Assembly: GCA_024626585.2 (NCBI GenBank)
Contig: JANKJI020000001.1
Coordinates: 9,719,506-9,740,862, forward strand
DNA length: 21,357 nt
From: Ginkgo biloba
Lineage: Eukaryota > Plantae > Ginkgophyta
Reading direction: 5' to 3'
Shown here: positions 13,421-21,357 of the stretch, one piece after another
How the letters are laid out: each line of letters begins with the position of its first letter
Position numbering within the stretch: the first letter of the stretch is position 1
Notes under the pieces: generated by a model
Told to the model about the DNA's origin: nothing
Database searches by the model: none
What the model saw: the letters and a program-made list of their open reading frames with translations, nothing else
Position numbers and translations under genes: made by a program

Positions 13421-13520
13421 NNNNNNNNNNNNNNNNNNNNNNNNNNNNNNNNNNNNNNNNNNNNNNNNNNNNNNNNNNNNNNNNNNNNNNNNNNNNNNNN
13501 NNNNNNNNNNNNNNNNNNNN
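13421..13520. other. Assembly gap directly upstream of PLE fragment B. Other gaps: 2533-2818, 4469-4568, 6688-6787, 8592-8691, 9749-9848, 11255-11354, 14597-14696, 15128-15146, 16288-16387, 16627-16640, 19119-19135
   Basis: Runs of N. The exactly 100-N gaps are probably placeholders of unknown size. Confidence 0.99.
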
Positions 13521-14223
13521 AAGTAGTGGAAAAAATATGGCTAAAGAATCTTAACTTCTTTTATAGGTATATTGATGTTGCCTTTGGAGTCTAGAGTGAA
13601 ACCAAAGAAGAACTAGAAGATTATTTTTGTGTTTCTTTGGAAATACATATGAATAACATCAAGATCAAAACTTCAATTTTGGATTATTCCATGAATATCC
13701 TAGATATCAAATTCTATACAGATGGGGATTTCATGAAAACAAGAGTTCTCACCACAAGATGCTACTAGAAGGAATTGAATACTTATCAATATGTTATGTT
13801 CTCATCGTGGCATCCATGCCATCAAAAGGAGTCTTTAATCATGAGTGAATTATAAGATTCCTAGTGAAAGAAAAAGACCATTGCAACTTCATCAAATTGA
13901 GAAATATCCTCTACATCAAACTTCATGCAAGAGGTTATCTAAGGAAATTTTTATTGCAATACTTCAACAAAGTATCAATCAGAGATCATTCAAGATACTC
14001 AAAAAATACTGTTCAAAAATAGTAAAAATGGGTAAGAGAGCCCCCTTAGTGATGAAACTGGACTTTTGTGAAAGGTTAAAGAACTTGAAATTTTTTGCAA
14101 AAATCCTATACTATCAGAGATTTTTTCATAAATGCCTTGATTTAAGACACACTTTGAAAGCCCAAGAAGTTGGGAAGCTTTCTCACTTACTATAAGTTTT
14201 CCTTAGAGAACAACATCAATTAG
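13521..14223 (+). mobile_element. Penelope-like element (PLE) RT, fragment B: motif C, thumb and post-thumb linker; pseudogenised
   Basis: FFYRYIDVAFGV*SETKEELEDYF (YIDV 13568-13579; cf. YRYIDDxFGIW.G..EEL..F), NIKIKTS..MNILDIKFY, TTRCY*KELNTYQYVMFSSWHPCHQKESLIMSEL. After a frameshift, IRFLVKE..NFIKLRNILYIKLHARGYLRKFLLQYFNKV (ARGY 13927-13938), then PLVMKLDF and KPKKLGSFLTYYKF. Confidence 0.92.
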
Positions 14224-14696
14224 TGAAAAAATGAAGAATGAGAATGCCATATTGAAAGGATAAGGTATGTAGACCAACCTAAGGCCTCTCGAGTGAAAAC
14301 AACATCTTAAAAACCCTTAATATGCTTAGCTCAAAAATGTCCCTTAAAGTAATGCAAAGGACTTTTTTTGAATAACTCTTCAGGAGACCTTCTTTACATA
14401 TTTACATTTGCACTTTGATGTTATTTTAGCATATATAAAGTGATGTTGTTTTAAAATATATAAAGGTTTTACATTTGGTTGGTTGCTTTCGCAATCTACT
14501 ATTAATTATGAATCTAAGGTCCGTAAACTTCGATGATGAGGGAGGTAGGAAACCTACTCCATCAATTCTTTTGGAAGACAAAAATGCGCTTAACTGNNNN
14601 NNNNNNNNNNNNNNNNNNNNNNNNNNNNNNNNNNNNNNNNNNNNNNNNNNNNNNNNNNNNNNNNNNNNNNNNNNNNNNNNNNNNNNNNNNNNNNNN

Positions 14697-15127
14697 CACA
14701 TGCTTCTTAGAGCACCTTCGATTGCTTGAAGAAGAAGAATTAGAAGAGCTATGAAATCTAATGATGAGGAAGGAAGAAGGGTTACCTATTTATGGCCCAA
14801 CCTTGGGTGCTTCACTTCTCTTCACTTATAGGTCAGTTAAGAGTGTCATTTTGTTACTAAAATATTCTTTAACTAAAGGAACATGTGTGCCCTCCATCTA
14901 AACCTATTTTGAAGTTGTTTTAGGCTAATTTTGGGTCTTTCATACCCTTAACTTAAGGGTAACTCGTTTTAGAGCTCTCCTAGTTGCAATTATGACTTAA
15001 GGTCATAACATAATTGACTCTTGATCAAATCAATAACATCATTTTGAGATTTATCTCACATTAAGGCCTTCTTAGGCTTTGTAATTTGATGGAGAGGAGA
15101 AATAATATCAGAAAATCCTGGCACAAA
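14697..15127 (-). mobile_element. LTR-like remnant with a TATA-like motif
   Basis: Minus-strand ccataaatagg (14795-14785) is followed by a CT-rich leader. It lies downstream of the minus-strand gypsy RT. Termini are not defined. Confidence 0.35.
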
Positions 15128-15159
15128 NNNNNNNNNNNNNNNNNNNTCCTATAAGAGTT

Positions 15160-16287
15160 GGCATTGTTACGTAGCTCATGCACATTGGTCAGTTGCCCCT
15201 AATCTCTTAAGACCTCAATTTTAGAGGGATTAACTCTAAATTCATACCAATCAATAATAAAGTTAAGGTAAGCGAAGTTATGTATGGCAAAGTTGCACTT
15301 CTCCATGTTAGCATATAACTAATGGACCCCAAGTGCTTCTCCCAAGTGCAACTGAATATAAGAATGTCATCAAGGCATACTATGATGAAGGAGTCTAGGA
15401 AGGGTCAAGGCACATCATTCATCAACCTCATGAATGTTGCAAGGGAATTGGTTAACCCAAAAGGCATCACCAACCACTCTAAAGAGACTCGATGTGTCTT
15501 GAATGTTATCTTCCATGTATCCCCCTCTCAAATCTACACTTAATGGTATCCCAACTTCAAATAAAACTTCATAAAGTACCTAGCACCATGTAGTTGATCT
15601 AATGAGTCATCTATGCATGGAAGTGAATACTTGTTATTCATCATAATCTTATTGATTGCCTTATAGTCGATACACATGTACCAGGAACCATCCTTCTTGA
15701 GCACTAACAAGAGCATTGAACCAAAAGGATAAGCATTGGGCCTAATTTGTCCCTTCTCCAATAACTATGAAATATTCATCTTAATCTCCTCACTCACCAT
15801 GATTAACCTATGATAGATACATGCATTAGAAAATGAAGCCCCTGGTTCTAGACCTATCCCATGTGATATGTGTCTCTCTAGGGATAAGCCATCATAAGAT
15901 GTGAATATATCCTCAAACTTAGAAAGCATTTTCTCCACCTACAATTCATATTTTCCATCATTGATCACTGACTCTAACTTGTCTCGATTCTCCAAACTCG
16001 ACTTGTGATGGCCTTTGACCATAATATAAATAAATTTCTAGGAAGATTATACCAACCTCTTAGCTTGTGCCCTATTCACCATAATGGAAGATCTAGGATT
16101 ACGAATAGAACAAATGACAAAATGGTTATTTCCTTTCATCACAATACACTTCCCTTGATAGAAAACTATCTTCGCCTTCTCATCATTCAAGAATAGAATT
16201 TTAATCAATATATTGGTGCAATCCATAGGCACCACATCATAAGTAATCTCATCAACATAGTCCTTAGTGATCAAAAACTTGAAATTG
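15160..16287 (-). mobile_element. Decayed Ty3/gypsy pol: end of the protease region and a near-complete RT
   Basis: FKFLITKDYVDEITYDVVPMDCTNIL; EKGQIRPNAYPFGSMLLLVLKKDGSWYMCIDYKAINKIMMNNKYSLPCIDDSLDQLHGARYF..LGYH; [42 protein letters not shown] (~15366-15377); EKCNFA..VNPSKIEVLRD. Confidence 0.95.
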
Positions 16288-19200
16288 NNNNNNNNNNNNN
16301 NNNNNNNNNNNNNNNNNNNNNNNNNNNNNNNNNNNNNNNNNNNNNNNNNNNNNNNNNNNNNNNNNNNNNNNNNNNNNNNNNNNNNNNACACACAAAAAAA
16401 AAAAAAACTACTAAGTTCTCTCTAAGATCACTTCGGTAACATGCACATTTCCTAACTTTGGATTCCAAAGCATCCACATATCCTCGCACATTTTAATGTT
16501 TGAAAATAAGAGTGATTTTCTCTTAGTGGAAGAAGTATTTAGAAGTAATGATGTTGGTAACAATGAAGTTTACCAGTAATAATGATATTTATCCAATTAG
16601 CAATGGTGCATGACTCTCCTAGTTGCNNNNNNNNNNNNNNAATGATAGGTTAATCTATCTTCTTATAATTATGGTATTTAGGAATAATAGCAATATCATT
16701 TTAAGTTAAAGATGGTATTTAGAAAGTAGCGTTGTCAAAAACCTATCGACTTATTTGCCATCTAATTGTATACACACTTATTTTGAAGGTAAGTTATTTA
16801 ACATGTGGGTTAGCCTTTCAGCTTTCAAATTATAAGCATTTTACCTTATTTTATGTTTTTTCATTTTTGTTGTCTTTATAGAGAATGATTTTATTATGTA
16901 GAAAATTTATATTAGTGTCACAATAAAGAGTTAGGTAGAAATGAACACATCCATAACACCAACCCTAGGGGTGTAACTAAGAACACTATTGGATTTAGTG
17001 CTTATGTGTGGAAATTACCAACCAATGGTCATGCGTCATGTGGAGTTGTGCCACTTCTATATGCAACACTAATACCCCCTAATGTGTGGGTGGTAGGTGC
17101 ATCTATAGCTTAGAAGATTGGATTTTTCATACTTGATTAAGTTGGGATATGTTGCTTCATTTAACGTAGAAGAAATGATGTTTTATTGAACTCCTCCTCC
17201 GCCACATCACTATTATTGTGATAGGAAATCAATATGGAGATATAGTGTATTATACCAAAGTTAATTTGACTTTCCTCTTGCATATGCCCCTTGGGAGCAA
17301 TAAAATATAAATTTTCTTTTTATTATTTACTACCTCTATTACTACAATTAATTTGTATTACAATGTGACAATCACATAAGGCATCGATCATTAAATACAT
17401 GCACTAGACAATCCAAAATGGTTGCTCTCAAGATCCTTGAAGAAAAGATTTATAAAATCCCAGATGAGGGAAAGTCTTAAGTATGATTAATTAGCATATA
17501 TTTTTAATATATATAATAAGTAATATATACATTATAGGCAAATGTTAGTAATTTGTACTAAATCTAGTAAATACAATAAGATTTTTCAATGAAATTAAAA
17601 AATCTTGGCAAATGTTTTAAAGCAATTTTGCCCATTGACGAATCTTATTTTTGGAAAATTTGTAAAAGAATAGCTAATTGGCTGTATAGAGCCCATAACA
17701 GTTTCTCTGAAAGGCTCCAAATGTCTTTGTAGACAATTAGAGATGATTTGGGAAAAACAGTCATGTTTTGCATCATATCTGTGATGGAACATAGGATCCA
17801 AAGAGTTGTCACAATCCAAGGCAGATGAAGAATTGTAAGTAATTCCAGTGTGAGTGCAAGCACTACTTTCACAGCAAGTGAACCATCTAGATTTTGATCT
17901 GTTTGGCAATGCCCTCCAACTATAGTGCCAGGAATGCAACTTTTCGACTGGTCCAAGCCTTGATAACTGACTCGTTCCAACATCCAATGCTTAATGGGCA
18001 GAAGGTTCTAAGGCTTGGTCGTAATTAACAGAAGAGCATGAACTCATTTTTTGGTTCAAAACGTGCATAATCTGATAGGCAAGGAATGTTGTGCACAAAC
18101 CCATCTTTCCACTGTAACTGCCATAACACTTGATTAACTACAGCTATAGCTCTACTTAGAGCTCTTGTTAGGATTATAAAATTGGCCAACAAGTAAGAAG
18201 CATCCCAGAGACCCAAAGCTTTTTTTCAATAATATCCCATCTTTGATCAGCCTGTGCGTTGAGGGCAAAGCATTTTTACAGCATATGATTTAAAGTTATT
18301 CCTGTGTGAGCTTAGCATCAATGCCAGTCAAACGAATAATTTCTTAGGGTTGTCATGAGGCAGAAAGCTAAATTCGATCTACAAAAGCCTCTTCCTATCC
18401 TATTTGTACACCACCTTGGGAATTGTATCAATTGAAGTCCGCAGATTCATTCCAAACTTTGATACTACTGTTTGTTCACTTATGATTTGCATTATCTGTA
18501 GATATTACAAAAGCAAATCCTTCCAGTTCAGAATATCGCAGTTAGATCATGTGTGTTCAAACAGAACATCTTTCAGGTGTCTAGCGGTGGGCAAGCAAAA
18601 CTTAACCACTTCAGCCATGAAATTCTTTGAATATATTGCAATCAACATGGAACAGAAGAATGTCCTTTGCACAGCAGTCTGATAACAACTGATTGAATTG
18701 TGGAGAACATTGATAGAAGATACAGCAATTGAATAGTGTGAACAAATTAAACATAGGTAAGTGAAGGTGAGAGGTAATGAGGATTGTAGACAGTAAAGAG
18801 GGTTTCTGAGCCGGAACAACAATGCATGAGAGATATAGGGAACTCAAGAGTAAGAAAAGGCCTGTACAAGGAGAATGCAATGAGAGAAATAAAACACAGA
18901 GAGACCATCCTTGAAAAGAATGAGAGCTGCCATGGCTCACAAAAGCACAAAAGGAAAATGACGGCATGACTAGGAAGAATGGGGATCACCCTTCAAAACC
19001 AGAAGTATCTTCAAGTTTTGGCAGTTAGGAAAACAAATGTGTCATCATATTTTCAGAGCTAAAATAGATTACAGTTTAATGGAAGTTGATCTCTTGATGC
19101 TCCACACTCATGCCCCTANNNNNNNNNNNNNNNNNAAAGATTGATCATTATAGAAATCACTAGAAAAATATTTGGTTGACGAACTTTATGACAAGTGTGA

Positions 19201-19345
19201 TGATGATTGATAATTGCAGAATTCATTGGCAAAATATTTGACAAATTTAGGACACTTTGATGAAAGTTCCTCTCATGAAGAAGCTCCATACATACCATTG
19301 CACTGAGAAAAGTGTGTAACAAGCATTTTTCCATTCACAACTAGT

Positions 19346-19539
19346 ACAGAATCCAGATGAGTTCACGTTTAACAGGTCTGAAATTAAGGTTTCAATATAT
19401 TGCACTTGTTCTCATGAAGCTTTATATGTATCACTTATCTAAGAAATGCATCACAAACAACTTTCCCTCAACAATCCGAACAGAATCCAGATGAGTTCAA
19501 GTTCAACAGATCAGGAAATGAAGGTTTCAATAAATTGCA
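19346..19539. repeat. ~59-bp direct repeat (19346-19404 and 19480-19539)
   Basis: acagaatccagatgagttcacgtttaacaggtctgaaattaaggtttcaatatattgca versus acagaatccagatgagttcaagttcaacagatcaggaaatgaaggtttcaataaattgca. Confidence 0.9.
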
Positions 19540-19578
19540 TAGCAGTCGCTCCCTTCCTAAGGTTTCCACATATTGCAA

Positions 19579-19596
19579 TCTCTCTCTCTCTCTCTC
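19579..19596. repeat. (TC)9 microsatellite
   Basis: Read directly from the sequence. Confidence 0.95.
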
Positions 19597-20580
19597 CAAG
19601 CTTGATCTTGCCACATATTCTTAAGGTTGATAAATCCCTCAAGCAATTAAAAGAAATGAGGCCTGCCTAAGCTAATATTCAAACACACAAATATATATTA
19701 TTGCCACACAAAACAGGATCATGATATTTTACAAGATGTTCACCTTAATATACGGTGGACAACGAGCACAGGTTTCCTCAAAAATTCATTTTAAAGCAGA
19801 GGACTTGTTCAGCATATGAAAATTTACAAGATATTGTCACATCAGTAGATGAGATAGAAAAAAGGCTATCCACTGCATTGGTTTTAACCTCAGGTTCATA
19901 AAAACGGCCGTTGTTACCCCTTGCTATCAAATTCACACTGACTGGCTGGAAGTTTTTTCTGGCTTTCCTTTTTCTTTTTCAAAAACTACATTAACAGAGA
20001 CTCCATTCAGAAAAAAGTTACCTCTGGATGTCCTATAACCAAGCAGTCCATATCAGGAAGAACATAACTAGGGAGATCCAAAACATGGGATGCTTACCAA
20101 CTCATGAAGATTATTAAAGACAATGAAAACTCGACATCAATTGTAACAGGTATAATAAGTTAAAATGCATGCATATCCAGCCCTATTGGGCACCCTGGAG
20201 GAAGCACTGAAAAGTAGAAAGAATAAAAGGCCTGAGTGCATCCAAAGTCGTCTCAAGCCCCAAATAAATTAATTTTAGAACATTGTTAGCATACTTTTCT
20301 TTCTATATAGTGGAACATAAGCACAAATTCTCATAAGGAAACTCCAAGAAAAGAAGTTTTCATGCATTTCTGCTATTGGATCAAACAAATTCTCCACAAG
20401 ATTATCACAAGTTCTCCATATTTATCTGCATAAATACCAAAGTAATGCACAGCATCTGTGCAATCTTGAAGCTCACTGCTTCTTTAAATTGCATTTTTGT
20501 GGAAAATAATGCTTTCAAACAAAAGAAGATTGTTTTGGAAACAGTAATGCTGAGAGCACAGAAAAATCAAAGATACTCAC

Positions 20581-20649
20581 GACATTTCCAAAGTGGCGAT
20601 CCATTGTCTCCACCACCAGATGGATGAATTCCAAAATCGCTAGTTCATT
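20581..20649 (-). CDS. AP4S: Isolated internal exon (69 nt, phase 0/0) of AP-4 adaptor complex sigma subunit
   Basis: Translates to NELAILEFIHLVVETMDRHFGNV, matching plant AP-4 sigma ...ENELAILEFIHLLVETMD(K/R)HFGNVCELD... It has a U-rich acceptor (ttttttttgtttggcag|) and a |gtgagt donor. Flanking AP4S exons were not found in the window. Confidence 0.9.
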
Positions 20650-20741
20650 CTGCCAAACAAAAAAAAACAATTAACAAATATTTAGTAGTCTCCTTTCCCA
20701 TTTCTAAAATGATATTATGAAATGAAAAATTCATTTTATAC

Positions 20742-20864
20742 CTTTTGTGTAAAACGTTCACAATTCTGCAATAGTTGTCCACTTCAAAGGCAGATTGAGA
20801 AATCATAGACATTGCACGGGTCTCCGGTCCCCATGGATCACTGTTGGTTGCTTCCTCTGTCATT
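20742..20864 (-). CDS. ENTH-domain (epsin-like) protein, coding exon 2 (123 nt, phase 2/2)
   Basis: (L)MTEEATNSDPWGPETRAMSMISQSAFEVDNYCRIVNVLHK(R) carries the ENTH signature EATxxDPWGP. Acceptor ttttcctgtatacag|, donor AG|gtataa. Confidence 0.93.
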
Positions 20865-21013
20865 CTGTATACAGGAAAACAATTGGCTCTAAACAGCAAC
20901 AGACATATTCAACTTCTCATTCTATTGAAAAACCCCAATACACAGAAACAATCAAACCCATTGCAAATAGAATACCAAATGCACAATTGAATTAACTAAG
21001 CAAAAAACCTTAC

Positions 21014-21123
21014 AATTCAGCTTCAGTGACATCAGTGAGTGCAAGCCTAGCTGTTCTGAGCTTTTCCCTTAGAAAAGATGAAGTTTGCTTCTTGACTTGG
21101 CCAAGATTTAGACTGCCCATCAT
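21014..21123 (-). CDS. ENTH-domain (epsin-like) protein, coding exon 1 (110 nt)
   Basis: MMGSLNLGQVKKQTSSFLREKLRTARLALTDVTEAE(L) matches the plant small-ENTH N-terminus KKQASFFxKEKxKTARLALTDVT. An in-frame TAG lies 18 nt upstream of the ATG. Donor TT|gtaagg; a 149-nt intron joins it in frame to exon 2. Confidence 0.93.
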
Positions 21124-21223
21124 TGATTTGATGGTCAACTAATCCTTGCCCTTGCTCTTGAATATAATAAGCTGAATATTTTCTCCTCGGCAATTCCTTT
21201 AGAAATAGCTGTAGTTTCAGCCT
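21124..21223 (-). other. Probable 5' UTR of the ENTH gene, with an upstream intron acceptor at 21223-21222
   Basis: Minus strand reads gattttatcag|G, 98 nt upstream of the ATG. Confidence 0.45.
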
Positions 21224-21270
21224 GATAAAATCAGTGCTAATCCTTGTATTCTCTAGAGGGAAATGTTACG

Positions 21271-21342
21271 GAAAACATAAGACTACTTCCTTCGTATTTA
21301 AAGGTATCTACGGCTTCAGATCTCCAGAAAACATAAGACTAC
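21271..21342. repeat. Exact 16-bp direct repeat gaaaacataagactac (21271-21286, 21327-21342)
   Basis: Read directly from the sequence. Confidence 0.9.
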
Positions 21343-21357
21343 ACAAACAGGCAAACC

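Noticed and set aside
13845-14195. 116-aa ORF from the ORF track as an independent gene
   Set aside because: It is mostly an off-frame reading of the PLE thumb and matches the PLE frame only near PLVMKLDF.
14530-14565. Hairpin ggaggtagg-aaa-cctactcc after tgatga, as a possible PLE hammerhead ribozyme or SECIS element
   Set aside because: It lacks the CUGAUGA..GAAA arrangement around a paired stem II and lacks the 3' GA of a SECIS core.
17403-17442. Possible Helitron 3' end on the minus strand (tcaag-gat-cttga hairpin, then ctag|t) to explain gene-fragment capture
   Set aside because: The hairpin is short, AT-rich and too far from the CTAG; such a pattern is expected by chance.
20376-20627. 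Plus-strand ORF ending SRHFQSGDPLSP, resembling the LINE RT motif RGLRQGDPLSP
   Set aside because: It is the antisense reading of the AP4S exon, which matches over 23 codons with proper splice sites. There is no flanking LINE similarity.
20645-20899. 84-aa ORF as a single-exon gene
   Set aside because: It is ENTH exon 2 read through its flanking introns.

Overview
AT-rich, CpG-depleted land-plant nuclear scaffold with 12 N-gaps. Positions 1-17.3 kb are nested, decayed retroelements: several Ty3/gypsy protease, RT and integrase remnants on both strands, PPT/LTR-like boundaries and tandem duplications. The ORF track misses two collinear, non-overlapping plus-strand fragments of a Penelope-like element (PLE) reverse transcriptase. 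The first (~4980-5860) covers the N-terminal region through RT motif A. The second (13521-14223) covers motif C, the thumb and the linker. The last kb holds an odd minus-strand locus: the first two coding exons of a plant ENTH/epsin-like gene, followed 92 nt later by one intact, splice-flanked exon of the AP-4 adaptor sigma subunit, out of frame with the ENTH exons. No other exon of either gene is visible. All protein calls come from manual translation and motif recognition; no database search was run.
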